Shown in pieces: positions 20,470 to 30,816 of a stretch of DNA of 64,000 nt. Position numbers and translations under genes: made by a program. The DNA comes from an uncultured Bacillota bacterium (GTDB taxonomy: Bacteria > Sysuimicrobiota > Sysuimicrobiia > Sysuimicrobiales > Segetimicrobiaceae). Every line of letters begins with the position of its first letter. Positions within the stretch are counted from its first letter, which is position 1. The stretch lies in NCBI GenBank assembly GCA_963804645.1, contig CAWDRG010000002.1, forward strand, positions 128,001 through 192,000. Reading direction: 5' to 3'. Below the pieces are notes generated by a model, which worked only from the letters and a program-made list of their open reading frames with translations, ran no database searches and was not told the DNA's origin.

Positions 20470-21369
20470 CTACATCACCCGCGGCGTTCCGGTCCTGAGC
20501 TCGGCGATCAGCGCCTCGACCTCGGGCCGGGCCAGCACGTAGCGGTCCCCGCAGAACCGGCACGTGATTTCGGCCTGCCCTTCCTGCGCGAGCAGCGCCT
20601 CGAGCTCGTCCGGCCCGAGCCCCAGCAGCATCCCCTCCACCCGCTGGCGGGTGCACCGGCAGTGGAACTCCACCGGGCTGACTTCCCCGAACGACGGGGT
20701 CAGCTCGCCGAGCGCGGCGCTGAGAATCTCCTCGGGCGTCCGGCCGTCGGCGATCAGCTGCGTGATCGGCGGCATCCGCCGGGCGCGCGCCTCGAGGTCG
20801 GCCACGACGTCCTCGGAGGCCCCCGGAAGCACCTGCACACAGAGCCCGCCCGCGGCGAGCACCCGGAGATCCGGAGCCACGAGCACCCCCAGCGAGACGA
20901 CCGACGGGAGCTGCTCGGATTTGACGAAGTAGCTCGCCAGATCCTCCGCGATCTCCCCGGACACGAGCGGCGCGGACCCGTGGTAGGGACTCTTGAGCCC
21001 GACGTCCCGGGTCACGTGCAGGGTGCCCTGCCGTCCGACGAGCCCGCCGACGTCGAGCTTGCGGGCGGGCGTCTCCGGCAGATCGGCCTGCGGGTTCACG
21101 GCGTAGCCGCGCACGCGCCCCCGCGCGTCGGCCTGCGCGACGATGGCCCCGATCGGGCCGTCGCCGAGCACGCGCAGCAGCACGGAGTGTCCGTCTTTGA
21201 GCCCGGCCCCGAGCAGCGCGGCCGCGGTCAGGCTGCGCCCGAGCGCCGCGGTGGCCGTGGCCGATGCCGCGTGGCGGATCCGTGCGTCCTCGACGGTCTG
21301 CGTCGTCACGGTCGCGAGCGCCCGGACCTGCTCGCCAGCGGCCGTCCCTCGAATCATATAGTCACCCAT
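20470..21369 (-). CDS. hslO: Hsp33 redox-regulated chaperone
   Basis: AALGR.LTA, GDGPIG, GEIAEDL..YF..SEQ, CRC...CRFC. Confidence 0.95.
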   Translation of the reverse strand: MGDYMIRGTAAGEQVRALATVTTQTVEDARIRHAASATATAALGRSLTAAALLGAGLKDGHSVLLRVLGDGPIGAIVAQADARGRVRGYAVNPQADLPETPARKLDVGGLVGRQGTLHVTRDVGLKSPYHGSAPLVSGEIAEDLASYFVKSEQLPSVVSLGVLVAPDLRVLAAGGLCVQVLPGASEDVVADLEARARRMPPITQLIADGRTPEEILSAALGELTPSFGEVSPVEFHCRCTRQRVEGMLLGLGPDELEALLAQEGQAEITCRFCGDRYVLARPEVEALIAELRTGTPRVM

Positions 21370-21379
21370 CGCGTGCCTC

Positions 21380-22180
21380 CTACGTGTCCACCGCGCCGGC
21401 GCCGTGCATCGGGTTCGCGGGCCCGTGCCCGCGGCCGAGCGGCAGCGCCGCCTCGATGGCTTTCGTAATAAACGCCTTTGCCGCGCGCACAGCGTCGGGC
21501 ACCTCGCTCCCCCGGGCGAGATAGGCCGTGATCGCCGCCGAGAACACACAGCCGGTTCCGTGCGTGTTCGCCGTCCAGACGCGCGCGGCGTGCAGCCACG
21601 TGATCGTGCCGCCGTCGTAGAGCACATCCAGCGGCGCGCCCTCGAGGTGCCCGCCCTTCACCACGACCGCGCGCGGTCCCATCGCGGCGATCGCGCGCGC
21701 CGCGTCCTCCATCTCCGCCGCCGTCCGAATCGTCCGGCCGGTGAGGGCTGCGGCCTCGTGGAGGTTCGGCGTGACGACGCGCGCGAGCGGCAGCAGATCC
21801 CGCCGCAGCGTCTCGATCGCGTCCTGCCGGAGGAGCGGCACGCCCGCCTTCGAGATCATGACCGGGTCGACGACCAGGGGGTCGATTCGATTCCGGACGA
21901 TCGCGGCCACGACCGCGTCGATGATCGGCACGCTGCTCAGCATGCCCGTCTTCGCCGCGTCGACGCCGATGTCGGACACGACCGCGTCGATCTGCGCCGC
22001 GACGACGTCTGGCGCGATCTCAGCGATCGCGGTCACCTGCGCCGTGTTCTGCGCCGTGACCGCCGTCACCGCGGTCATGCCGAATACTCCCAAGGCAGAG
22101 AACGTCTTGAGATCGGCCTGTATGCCCGCGCCGCCCCCGGAGTCGGACCCCGCGATCGACAGCGCGCGTGGAATCGGCAT
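21380..22180 (-). CDS. thiD: HMP/HMP-phosphate kinase
   Basis: SIAGSDSGGGAGIQADLKT, KTGML, THGTGC. Confidence 0.96.
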   Translation of the reverse strand: MPIPRALSIAGSDSGGGAGIQADLKTFSALGVFGMTAVTAVTAQNTAQVTAIAEIAPDVVAAQIDAVVSDIGVDAAKTGMLSSVPIIDAVVAAIVRNRIDPLVVDPVMISKAGVPLLRQDAIETLRRDLLPLARVVTPNLHEAAALTGRTIRTAAEMEDAARAIAAMGPRAVVVKGGHLEGAPLDVLYDGGTITWLHAARVWTANTHGTGCVFSAAITAYLARGSEVPDAVRAAKAFITKAIEAALPLGRGHGPANPMHGAGAVDT

Positions 22181-22219
22181 CGATGTCCCCTCTTCGACGG
22201 TCAGCCGGCCGCCGCCCGT

Positions 22220-23263
22220 TTATCTCGATCGCGCGAGGTGATCCCACCCGGCAGCCGCGAGCGGTCGGCGCCGCCCGCCGGCCCCGAGAATCCACCGCCC
22301 CGCGTCCAGGGGTACGATGTCGCCGATCCGGGTGACGGGGATGCCCGCGGTCCGCGCGACACTGGAGGCGAGCCGGGCAAACGCGGGGCGGGCCGTGAAC
22401 AACAGCTCGTAGTCCTCGCCCCCGCCGAGCGCCCACGCGAGCGGGTCGCGCCCCGCCGCGTGCGCGGCCGCCGCGAGGCCGTCGGGGAGCGGCAGGCGCG
22501 TTTCGTCGAGCAGCACGCCGACCCCCGAGGCGTCGGCCAGGTGCAGCGCGTCGGCGGCGGTGCCATCGCTCGTGTCGAGCGCCGCCGTCACGGCGCGGAG
22601 CTTCGCGAGCGCCCGGCCCGCCGCGAGCCGCGGACTGGGCCGCCGGTACGCGGCCCTCAGCGCGGCCGCGCCGCGCGTGCGCAGCGCCGGGCGGGACGCC
22701 AGAAACAGCCCGGCCGCGGCCTTGCCGGCCGTCCCGGTCATCCAGAGGCCGTCGCCCGGCCTCGCGCCGTCCCGTTCGAGGACCCGTCCCGCCTCCCCGA
22801 GGAGCGTCACGTCCACCACGACGCCGCCGGGGCTGCGGGAAACGTTGCCGCCCACCACCGACACCCGGTGCGCGCGGGCGGCCGCCGCGAGCCCGCGGTA
22901 GATCCCGTCGACGACGCGCACCGGCGTCTCGGGACGCACGAGGAGCGAGACGAGCGCGTAGCGCGGCGTGCCGCCCATCGCCGCGACGTCGCTGAGGTTC
23001 ACCGCGAGGGCGCGCCATCCAACGTCCGCGGGACGCGCGAGGTCGAAGCGGAAGTGCACGCCCTCCACCTGGACGTCGCACGTCGCCACGGCGCGGCCGT
23101 GAAACTCCAGCACCGCGGCGTCGTCGCCGATTCCGAGCACCACGCCGGGGCCCGTCGTCGGCACGAGCGTCGTCAGGCGCGCGATCAGCCCGAACTCTCC
23201 GAGCTCCGCGACTGTCCGCGTCCGGCCGCCGCGCCCCGCGCGGCTACCGCGCGAGCGCGGCAT
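22220..23263 (-). CDS. thiL: Thiamine-monophosphate kinase
   Basis: GEFGLI, GIGDDAA, EGVHF, VNLSDVAAMGG, GGEDYELLF, GWDH. Confidence 0.95.
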   Translation of the reverse strand: MPRSRGSRAGRGGRTRTVAELGEFGLIARLTTLVPTTGPGVVLGIGDDAAVLEFHGRAVATCDVQVEGVHFRFDLARPADVGWRALAVNLSDVAAMGGTPRYALVSLLVRPETPVRVVDGIYRGLAAAARAHRVSVVGGNVSRSPGGVVVDVTLLGEAGRVLERDGARPGDGLWMTGTAGKAAAGLFLASRPALRTRGAAALRAAYRRPSPRLAAGRALAKLRAVTAALDTSDGTAADALHLADASGVGVLLDETRLPLPDGLAAAAHAAGRDPLAWALGGGEDYELLFTARPAFARLASSVARTAGIPVTRIGDIVPLDAGRWILGAGGRRRPLAAAGWDHLARSR

Positions 23264-23894
23264 CAACCTCGTCCCGCAGCCGTCGCGTCGCCGCGACCAT
23301 GTCGTCGGCGAGCGTCACCGCGGTGATCACGGCCACCCCCGCCGCCCCGGCGCGGATGGTCGCCGCGGCGGTGTCGCGCGTGATGCCCCCGATCGCGACG
23401 ATCGGCAGCGCCGACGCGCGGCGCACGGCACCGATCCGCTCGAGCCCGACTGGCGCCCCCGCGTCCGCCTTCGTCGCCGTGGCGTAGATGGCCCCGACGC
23501 CGAGATAGTCGGCCCCGTCGCGCTCCGCCGCGGCGGCCTCCTCCGGGGTCGCGGCGGAGACGCCGAGCAGCGGTCCCGGCCCCAGGATCGCGCGCGCGGC
23601 CGCCGCCGGCAGATCGTCCTGCCCGACGTGCACGCCGTCCGCGCCACAGGCGAGCGCAAGATCCACGCGGTCGTTGAGCATCAGCGCCACGCCCGCGGCC
23701 CGGCAGGTCGCGGCGAGCGCGCGCGCGGTCTCCGCGATCACCCGCGCCGTCTCGTGCTTCATCCGGAGCTGGACCGCCGTGGCACCGCCGCGGACGGCGG
23801 CCTCCGCGATCTCGAGATGCGAGCGGCCGCGGGACCGTGCCGCGTCGGTAATCACGACCACGCGCCAGTCGCCGCGCCCGCGCGTGACCGTCAT
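23244..23894 (-). CDS. thiE: Thiamine-phosphate synthase
   Basis: [27 protein letters not shown]. Confidence 0.92.
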   Translation of the reverse strand: MTVTRGRGDWRVVVITDAARSRGRSHLEIAEAAVRGGATAVQLRMKHETARVIAETARALAATCRAAGVALMLNDRVDLALACGADGVHVGQDDLPAAAARAILGPGPLLGVSAATPEEAAAAERDGADYLGVGAIYATATKADAGAPVGLERIGAVRRASALPIVAIGGITRDTAAATIRAGAAGVAVITAVTLADDMVAATRRLRDEVDAALAR

Positions 23895-24724
23895 GAGTGC
23901 CGCGCCGGGTCCGTCGGCGGTGTCGCGGCGCCCTCGATCCGGCCGGCCATCGGGCTCGTCGGCTCGGCCAGCATGCGGCGCGGCATCCGGCCGGCCAGAA
24001 ACGCGTCGCGGCCGGCGTACGCCGCATGGCAGACCGCGCGGGCCATCCGCACCGGATCCTGCGCGCGCGCGATCGCCGAGTTCAGCAGCACCGCGTCGCA
24101 GCCCAGTTCGAAGACGATCGCCACATCCGACGCGGTCCCCACGCCCGCGTCCACCACGACCGGGACGCGCACGCGGCTGCGGATCAACTGGATGTTGTGC
24201 GGGTTGCGGATGCCGAGCCCGGACCCGATCGGCGCGGCCAGCGGCATGATCGCGGCACACCCGGCGTCTTCGAGCTTCTGCGCGGTGACCGGGTCGTCGT
24301 TCGTGTACGGCAGCACGACGAAGCCCGCGCGCACGAGGGTCCTCGCGGCGTCGAGCAGCTGCACCACATCCGGCAGCAGCGTCTCATCGTCGGCGATCAG
24401 TTCCAGCTTGATCAGGGACGTGCCGAGCGCCTCCCGGGCGAGCTCGGCCGTCAGCACGGCGTCCTTGACCGTGTAGCAGCCCGCGGTGTTCGGCAAGATG
24501 CGGTAGCCGCGGTCCGCGAGGACCCGGTACAGGTTTTCCTGGCCGGGCCCGGGGCTGACCCGCCGCAGCGCGACCGTGACCATCTCGGTGCCGGACGCGG
24601 CGAGTGCGTCGAGCATCACCTGCACGCTCGGATACCGTGCGGTCCCGACGAGCAGACGGGATCGCAACGTGATCCCCCCAAGATCCCACCGGTCCGCTTC
24701 CAGCTCCATCCGCCTCTCCTCCAT
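23891..24724 (-). CDS. thiG: Thiazole synthase
   Basis: [39 protein letters not shown]. Confidence 0.97.
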   Translation of the reverse strand: MEERRMELEADRWDLGGITLRSRLLVGTARYPSVQVMLDALAASGTEMVTVALRRVSPGPGQENLYRVLADRGYRILPNTAGCYTVKDAVLTAELAREALGTSLIKLELIADDETLLPDVVQLLDAARTLVRAGFVVLPYTNDDPVTAQKLEDAGCAAIMPLAAPIGSGLGIRNPHNIQLIRSRVRVPVVVDAGVGTASDVAIVFELGCDAVLLNSAIARAQDPVRMARAVCHAAYAGRDAFLAGRMPRRMLAEPTSPMAGRIEGAATPPTDPARHS

Positions 24725-24727
24725 AGG

Positions 24728-24985
24728 TCAGCCCCCCTGCATCGGGCGCACAATCTCGACGCGGTCACCCGACGCGAGCCGAACGGCCGGCCACTCGACT
24801 TTCGGGACCACGTGCTCGTTGACGGCAACCGCCACCGCCGTCTCCCGATCCACCTGCAGCGCGTCGAGCACCTCGACCAGCGTGGCACGGGCCGGCAGCG
24901 GCCGCACCTCGCCGTTGACGGCGATCCAGGCGTCGTGCGGAGGCGTCGACCCGCTCATGGAATGCGTCCCGGCTCCCCCGCTCAT
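24728..24985 (-). CDS. thiS: Sulfur carrier protein ThiS
   Basis: IAVNGE...VAVAVN..VVP...GDRVEIV...QGG C-terminus; ATGA overlap with thiO. Confidence 0.92.
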   Translation of the reverse strand: MSGGAGTHSMSGSTPPHDAWIAVNGEVRPLPARATLVEVLDALQVDRETAVAVAVNEHVVPKVEWPAVRLASGDRVEIVRPMQGG

Positions 24986-26247
24986 GCCGGGGCGCCCCGG
25001 TGTCCCGCGGCGGGCTCGACCGACGGACCCGGGCCGCCGGCGTGCGCGCGCGCCGCGCTCGGCCGGAACGCCGTGAGGAGGGGGCTTTCGCGCCCCTCGA
25101 CGAGCAGATCCGCCACGAGCAGGGCCGTCGCGGGCGCCAGCAGCACCCCGTGCCGGAAATGGCCCGTGGCCACGTACAGGCCGGGCACCTCGGTCTCTCC
25201 GATCAGCGGGAGATGGTCGCGGGTCGCCGGGCGGAACCCGACGTTCATCTCGACGAGTTCCAAGTCGTACGTCGCCGGCACGGCCAGGCGCGCGCGCCAC
25301 AAGAGATCCATTGCCGCGCCCGCGGTCGCGGCGGCATCGAAGCCCTGCTCTTCCATCGTCGCCCCCACCACGAGCTCGCCGCCGCGCCGCGGCACGAGAT
25401 ACGCCTCGGGGGCGCGCACGACGTGCCGCAGCAGCACCGGGCCGCGCAGACGCACGACCTGCCCTTTGACCGGGCGGACCGCGATCGGCGAGGCGGGCCA
25501 CGCGATGTCGCTGGCGCTCCACGCGCCCGCGGCCAGCACGGCACGCTCGCACCGGACGGCGAACTCGGCACCGTCCGCGATCCGGCCCGCCGTGCCGTCC
25601 GCGTCGGGGACGGCGGGTCCCTCGAAGTGTCCGCGCACCCCGACGAGCCGGCCCGCCTGGGCCTCAACGCCGCCGACGCGCGCGTGCGTGACCACGCGGC
25701 CGCCGAGTGCCCGGACGCCGCCCGCCAGCGCGCGCAGCATGGCCCGTGGGTTCACCTGGTGATCTCCGGGCGCGAAAAGCGCCGCTGTTACCCGCGGGCT
25801 GAGCAGCGGCTCGCGCTCCCTCGCCTGGTCCCCATCCAACCAGCGACACGAGAGGCCGAGCCGCGACTGGAACCCCCGCACGCGCTGGAGTTCCTCCTCG
25901 TCGTCCCGCCCGAGCGCCACGGTCAGCGTCCCGTCCGCGAGCAGCTCGCAGCCGAGGCCGCTCGCGGCCTCGACGTTCCGCACGAACTCCGGATACCGGC
26001 GCTGGCTCTCGAGACCGAGGTCCGCAAGCTCGGGGGTCTCGTACTCGGCCTCCCCGGTCACCGCGAGCATGCCAGCCGCGACGCCCGCGGCCCCCGCGCC
26101 GACACGCGACCGTTCGAGGACCAGGACGTCGACCCCGCGGCGCGCGAGCGCGAAGGCGCAGCTGAGCCCGATGATGCCCGCGCCCACCACGACCACGGCC
26201 GCCGAGGGCGGGAGCGGCTCGCGCGGCGCCGGTCCGGCCTCAGCCAC
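24982..26247 (-). CDS. thiO: Glycine oxidase ThiO
   Basis: VVGAGIIG, AAGMLA, PVKGQ, GFRP, GHFRHGVLLAP. Confidence 0.93.
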   Translation of the reverse strand: MAEAGPAPREPLPPSAAVVVVGAGIIGLSCAFALARRGVDVLVLERSRVGAGAAGVAAGMLAVTGEAEYETPELADLGLESQRRYPEFVRNVEAASGLGCELLADGTLTVALGRDDEEELQRVRGFQSRLGLSCRWLDGDQAREREPLLSPRVTAALFAPGDHQVNPRAMLRALAGGVRALGGRVVTHARVGGVEAQAGRLVGVRGHFEGPAVPDADGTAGRIADGAEFAVRCERAVLAAGAWSASDIAWPASPIAVRPVKGQVVRLRGPVLLRHVVRAPEAYLVPRRGGELVVGATMEEQGFDAAATAGAAMDLLWRARLAVPATYDLELVEMNVGFRPATRDHLPLIGETEVPGLYVATGHFRHGVLLAPATALLVADLLVEGRESPLLTAFRPSAARAHAGGPGPSVEPAAGHRGAPA

Positions 26248-27022
26248 GAGGATCCTCCCCGGCGCGGACGGCGGGCTGCGGCGCGGGGCCGCGTGCCGGG
26301 CCCGCGGGAAATGGGCGATGGGGCCGCGGCCAGCCCGCCAGCGCTCGCCGGAATTCGCGCGCCGCCTCGGCGGGATCGGGAGCGCCCAAGATCGCTCCGA
26401 CCACCGCGATGCCCGCGCACCCGGTCGCGGCCAGTGCACCGGCGCGGTCCGGCGTGATGCCGCCGACGGCCAGGACGGGCACCGCAACCCGCTCGACGAC
26501 GCGCCGCAGCGCGGCGGTGCCGCGTGGGGGCACACCCGGATGCGAGGCCGTCGCGAAGACGTGTCCGAAGGTGACGTAGTCCGCGCCGTCCCGCGCGGCC
26601 GCCGACGCGTCGCCAAGCGCGTGCACGGAGCAGCCGATGATCCGCCGCGGGCCCACGAGCGCGCGCACCACCGCGGGGGCCAGGCTCGCCGCCGCGAGGT
26701 GCACGCCGTCCGCGCCGACCGCGAGCGCCACATCGACGCGGTCGTTGATGAGGAGGCCGGCGCCGCGCTCTCGGCAGCGCGGCGCGATCTCGCGCGCCAG
26801 CGCGTAGAGGTCGGCGGCGGAAACCGTGCGGGCGCGGATCTGCACCCAGTCCACGCCGCCCTCGAGCGCGCGGGCCGCCGCGCCGACGAGATCGTGCGGG
26901 AACCGTGCCCAGTCGAGGATCAGGTGGAGCTGCGCGCGTGCCGCGGGCTCGCTCCGCGGCGTCCCGACCCCCTCTCCCCGAAGCGCCGGGTCCGCGCCTG
27001 CGCGGCCGGGGTCCACCGTCAT
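26240..27022 (-). CDS. tenI: Thiazole tautomerase TenI (ThiE paralogue)
   Basis: INDRVD, GVHL, GCSVH, YVTFGHVFAT.SHPG are TenI-type motifs; lies between tenA and thiO as in Bacillus. Confidence 0.78.
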   Translation of the reverse strand: MTVDPGRAGADPALRGEGVGTPRSEPAARAQLHLILDWARFPHDLVGAAARALEGGVDWVQIRARTVSAADLYALAREIAPRCRERGAGLLINDRVDVALAVGADGVHLAAASLAPAVVRALVGPRRIIGCSVHALGDASAAARDGADYVTFGHVFATASHPGVPPRGTAALRRVVERVAVPVLAVGGITPDRAGALAATGCAGIAVVGAILGAPDPAEAAREFRRALAGWPRPHRPFPAGPARGPAPQPAVRAGEDPRG

Positions 27023-27687
27023 AGCGGCCAGCCCACCATCCGCCACGCCATCTCCCAGAAGAGATACTCGTAGCGCTGGCTCGCGAGGAAGATGTCCGCG
27101 AGCGCCGCTTCCCGCGACGGCGGGACGTCCGCGCCGATCCGGTCGAGCTGTGCCGCCATCCACTGCGCCATCGCCGCGTACTCGTCGGACGTGTACATCC
27201 GGATCCAGTTGGCGTAGAGCGGCGCCTCTTCCGGCAGCCCCGACCGGCGCAGGTGCACCGCGATCTCGTAGTAGCCGTGCGCGCACGGCAGCACGGCGGC
27301 CAGGATCGCGGCGAGATCGCCGGTCTCCGCGACCAGGCGCAGATGGTTGGTGTAGGCCGCGGTGGCCTGCGCCGGCACGGTGTCCTCCAGGGCCTCCGGC
27401 GAGATGCCGGCCGCCCAGCACACCTCGCGGTGCAGGTCCATCTCGACGTTCAGGGTCGCGTTGAGCACGTCGGCGAGGCGCGAGGCGGTCGCGAGCTCGT
27501 CCGCGCGCGCCACCGCGAGCGCGAGCACCCGGCAGTACTCGATGAGGAAGAGGTAGTCCTGGCGCAGGTAGAACTGGTAGCGGTCGCCTGGCAGGGTGCC
27601 GTCGCCGAGGCCCCGCACGAACGGGTGCCCCAGGATCCGCTCCCGGGTCGGCGCGGCGGCGTCCTGCAGCCGCTCAAACAACGTCAC
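27019..27687 (-). CDS. tenA: Thiaminase II / aminopyrimidine aminohydrolase
   Basis: HPFV..L.DG.L, YL.QDY.FL, LPC...Y, WI..Y, E..FW.MA. Confidence 0.93.
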   Translation of the reverse strand: MTLFERLQDAAAPTRERILGHPFVRGLGDGTLPGDRYQFYLRQDYLFLIEYCRVLALAVARADELATASRLADVLNATLNVEMDLHREVCWAAGISPEALEDTVPAQATAAYTNHLRLVAETGDLAAILAAVLPCAHGYYEIAVHLRRSGLPEEAPLYANWIRMYTSDEYAAMAQWMAAQLDRIGADVPPSREAALADIFLASQRYEYLFWEMAWRMVGWPL

Positions 27688-28976
27688 GCGCGGTCCCCCC
27701 CGTCCGTCCCGCACCACGCCGCGATCGTCCGCGCGTAGACGCGCGCACACCGCACGAGGTCGTCGACCGCGACGTACTCGTCCACCGCGTGCGCCTGCCC
27801 GAGCGGCCCCGGACCGTACACGGCGGTGGGAATGCCGCGGGCGGCGATCCAGCCGGCGTCCGACACGCCTGCCGACATCCGGCGCCGGGGCGCGGCGCCC
27901 CAGACCGCGGCGTGCGCCGCGGAGAGCACCGCGACGCCGGGATGGTCGGCCGCGGTCTCGAACGCGGGAAACACCTCCCCGCGATCCTCGATCATCGAGC
28001 GGCCGCCCCACCGGAACGCCGGCGGGTTCGCGCGGAGCCACGGGTCGGCGTCGGCGGCCGCGCGGACGGTGCGCTCGATCTCCGCCGTTACCGCCTCCTG
28101 CGTCTCGCCCGGGTAGAAATGCACCGTCACCCACAGCGCGCACCGGTCGGCGACGAAAGCGGGGTGCCGTCCGCCCTCGATCGCGGCGGGATTGATCGTG
28201 GTCGTGCCCGGCTCGAATCCCGGATGCGACTTCGTGACCGCCCAATGACGCTCGAGGCGTTCCAGCACCTGCAGCACCGGTACCATCTTCTCGATCGCGC
28301 TCGCCCCGAACACACCGCCGCCCGCGTGGATCATGCGCCGGCGCTGCGCGTCGTGAAACGTGACGGGGCTCTGGATCGTGATCCACCCCGTGACCACGCC
28401 GCCCTGCCCGAGCGACACCTCCCCGGCGGTCGGCTCGGGCACGAGCGCGAACTCCGCCGCGGGCGAGTGGTCGAGCGCCGTCGGCGTGCCCGCCTCGCCC
28501 ATCTCCTCACCGGTCACCGTCTGCACGATCACGTCCCCGCGCGGACGGCCGAGGGTCCGCACGACGGCCTCCAGGGCCGAGAGCATACACGCGAGCCCGC
28601 CCTTCATGTCGGCGGCGCCGCGGCCCGACAGGCGGCCGTCCCGGACGACCGGGGCGAACGGCGGGGTCGTCCACCGCTCCGCGCCGCCCGTCGTGGCGAC
28701 GTCGACGTGGCCGTTGAGCAGCAGCGTGCGCCCGCCCCCCCGTCCCCGCAGCACCGCGACCACCTGCGGATCGCCCGGGTACAGCGCGACCGTCCGCACC
28801 TCCGCGCCGAGCGCCTCGAGCCGGGCGGCGACGAACGCTTGGACCGCCTCGGTGTTGCGTCCGGGCGGGCACGGGGTCTCGAAGCGGACGAGCGCCTCGG
28901 CGAGCTGCACGACCTCCCGTGCGCGGCCGTCGAGGTGGGCGTCGAGCGCCTGCGCGGCGACGTCGGTCCCGATCAC
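27684..28976 (-). CDS. ylmB: ArgE/DapE (M20) amidohydrolase, probable formylaminopyrimidine deformylase
   Basis: LNGHVDV, GRGAADMKGG, GEE.GE.G, AHAVDE; lies between thiY and tenA. Confidence 0.8.
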   Translation of the reverse strand: MIGTDVAAQALDAHLDGRAREVVQLAEALVRFETPCPPGRNTEAVQAFVAARLEALGAEVRTVALYPGDPQVVAVLRGRGGGRTLLLNGHVDVATTGGAERWTTPPFAPVVRDGRLSGRGAADMKGGLACMLSALEAVVRTLGRPRGDVIVQTVTGEEMGEAGTPTALDHSPAAEFALVPEPTAGEVSLGQGGVVTGWITIQSPVTFHDAQRRRMIHAGGGVFGASAIEKMVPVLQVLERLERHWAVTKSHPGFEPGTTTINPAAIEGGRHPAFVADRCALWVTVHFYPGETQEAVTAEIERTVRAAADADPWLRANPPAFRWGGRSMIEDRGEVFPAFETAADHPGVAVLSAAHAAVWGAAPRRRMSAGVSDAGWIAARGIPTAVYGPGPLGQAHAVDEYVAVDDLVRCARVYARTIAAWCGTDGGDRA

Positions 28977-29947
28977 GGCAGCAGGTTCACGTAGAGGTCG
29001 TCGACCGGGACCGGCGCGGGGATGACCTTGTGCGCGGCCATCCAGTGGTCGAACGCGGTCCACCGCGCGGCGCTCTCGGTCTGGGTGCGCGCGTACGTCG
29101 GGAGCGTCGCCAGGAACGAGGCGCGGTTGAACGCGTCGTTGAGCGACGGGTTCAGGCGCACGTACTGCTGAAACGCGTCCTGCGGGTGCGCCTCGGTGAA
29201 CGCGATCCCGCGCGCCACCGCTCCGACGAATCGCCGCAGGACGGCCGGCCGGGTCGCGATCTGACGGTCGCCCGCGATCAGGACGAGTTCATAGAACGTC
29301 GGGACCCCGTACCGCTCGGGCTCGAACATCCCGACCGCCTGTCCCTGCTGTTCGATCTGGATCCGCTCGACGTTGCGGTAGGCGCCGACCACGGCGTCGA
29401 TCTTGTGCGAGAGCAGCGCCGGCACGAGGTCGAAGCCCACGTTGATCATCGTCAGGTTCGACTCCGAGGCGCCGTCGCTGCGGACGATCTGATCCAGCAG
29501 GGCGTCCTCGTACCCGTTCACGGCAAACCCGACGCGCCGACCGACCAGATCCTTCGGCGTCCGGATCCCCGAGCTCTTGAGAAACATGATCGTCGTGAGC
29601 GGCTGCCCGATGAGCACGCCGATGCTCTTCACCGGCAGGGTCTGGGCACGCGCCATGATCACGCTCGGCTCATAGTTGACGCCGACGTCCGCGCGGCCGA
29701 CAGCGACGAGCTTCAGCGGATCGTCGGCGTTCGCGGGCACCTGGAGGTTCACGTGCAGCCCCGCCTGGGTGAAGTAGCCCAGGCCGACGGCCGCGTACAG
29801 CGGCACGTGGTCAGGGTTCGGGAACCAATCCAGCATGAACGTCACCGTATCGGGCGCCGCCGCGACGGTCGCGCCCGGCGCGCACAACAGTGCGATCGCG
29901 ACCAGCGCCCCGAGCGCCGCCCCCCACCGCCGTCTCCTCTGTCTCAT
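28973..29947 (-). CDS. thiY: HMP/FAMP ABC substrate-binding protein (NMT1/THI5 family)
   Basis: Signal peptide; MLDWFPNPDH.PLY.A...GYF, YRNVE, YGVP.FYEL. Confidence 0.85.
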   Translation of the reverse strand: MRQRRRRWGAALGALVAIALLCAPGATVAAAPDTVTFMLDWFPNPDHVPLYAAVGLGYFTQAGLHVNLQVPANADDPLKLVAVGRADVGVNYEPSVIMARAQTLPVKSIGVLIGQPLTTIMFLKSSGIRTPKDLVGRRVGFAVNGYEDALLDQIVRSDGASESNLTMINVGFDLVPALLSHKIDAVVGAYRNVERIQIEQQGQAVGMFEPERYGVPTFYELVLIAGDRQIATRPAVLRRFVGAVARGIAFTEAHPQDAFQQYVRLNPSLNDAFNRASFLATLPTYARTQTESAARWTAFDHWMAAHKVIPAPVPVDDLYVNLLP

Positions 29948-29970
29948 CCGTTCCCCCTTTGCATCTCGAT

Positions 29971-30816
29971 CTACCGGCTTCCCGGCCCGGCCGCGCGGCG
30001 CCACGGCAGCGCGAGCCACTCCGCGGCGGAAACCGCCACGAAGAGCCCGAGCGCCATCACGCTCAGGTAGACGATCGCGGCAAAGACCACATCCACGTGC
30101 AGCTGTGCGTTCGCGTGGATCATCGTGAATCCAAGCCCGCGCGCCGCGCCGACCCACTCGCCGATCACGGCGCCGATGACGCTCGTCGCGACCGCGATGC
30201 GCGTTCCGGAGAACACGAACGGGAGGGCGGCGGGAATCCGGATCTTCGTGAGGATCTGCCGGGGTCGGGCGCCGAGGATGCGCAGCAGGTTGACCATGTC
30301 GGGGTCGGCCGCGCGGAGCCCGTCCACCGTGTTGACGACGATCGGGAAGAACACGATCAGCGCCGCCATGACCACCTTCGAGGCCATGCCGTAGCCGAAC
30401 CATACGATCAGGAGCGGGGCGATCGCGAACACCGGGACCGTCTGGCTGGCGATGATCAGCGGGTAGACGGCGCGCTCCACCGTCCGCGACGAGAAGATCG
30501 CGAGCGCGAGGCCGATGCCGACGACGAAGGCCACCGCGAACCCGGCGAACACCTCCTGCAGCGTCACCCCGGCGTCCGCGAGCAGCATCGCGTGGTCCGC
30601 GATCACAACGCCGGCGATCCGGCTCGGGGCCGGCAGGATGTAGAACGGCACCCCGAACGCTCGCACCGCCCACTCCCACAGGGCGAGCACCACGAGCAGG
30701 AGCGCCGCGGGCGGCCCCGCCCGCCCGGCCCACCGCGTCCACCGGTCGGCCCAGCGGGCCGTGCCGGCGGGGCGTGGCTCGGCCGCGGGCAGCGCGTGGT
30801 GGTCGATGGTGCTCAT
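29971..30816 (-). CDS. thiX: ABC permease (ThiX/SsuC-like)
   Basis: ILPAPS, QTVP.FAIAPL...WFG, GAVIGEWVGA..GLG. Confidence 0.85.
   Translation of the reverse strand: MSTIDHHALPAAEPRPAGTARWADRWTRWAGRAGPPAALLLVVLALWEWAVRAFGVPFYILPAPSRIAGVVIADHAMLLADAGVTLQEVFAGFAVAFVVGIGLALAIFSSRTVERAVYPLIIASQTVPVFAIAPLLIVWFGYGMASKVVMAALIVFFPIVVNTVDGLRAADPDMVNLLRILGARPRQILTKIRIPAALPFVFSGTRIAVATSVIGAVIGEWVGAARGLGFTMIHANAQLHVDVVFAAIVYLSVMALGLFVAVSAAEWLALPWRRAAGPGSR

Noticed and set aside
18009..20498. Long antisense or alternate-frame ORFs (e.g. 18009-20498, 21404-23326, 23897-25762, 42905-45223)
   Set aside because: Arg/Pro/Ala-rich shadows of real genes, expected at this GC content; no motifs
26240..27022. Second thiE as a duplication
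   Set aside because: Motifs and position match TenI
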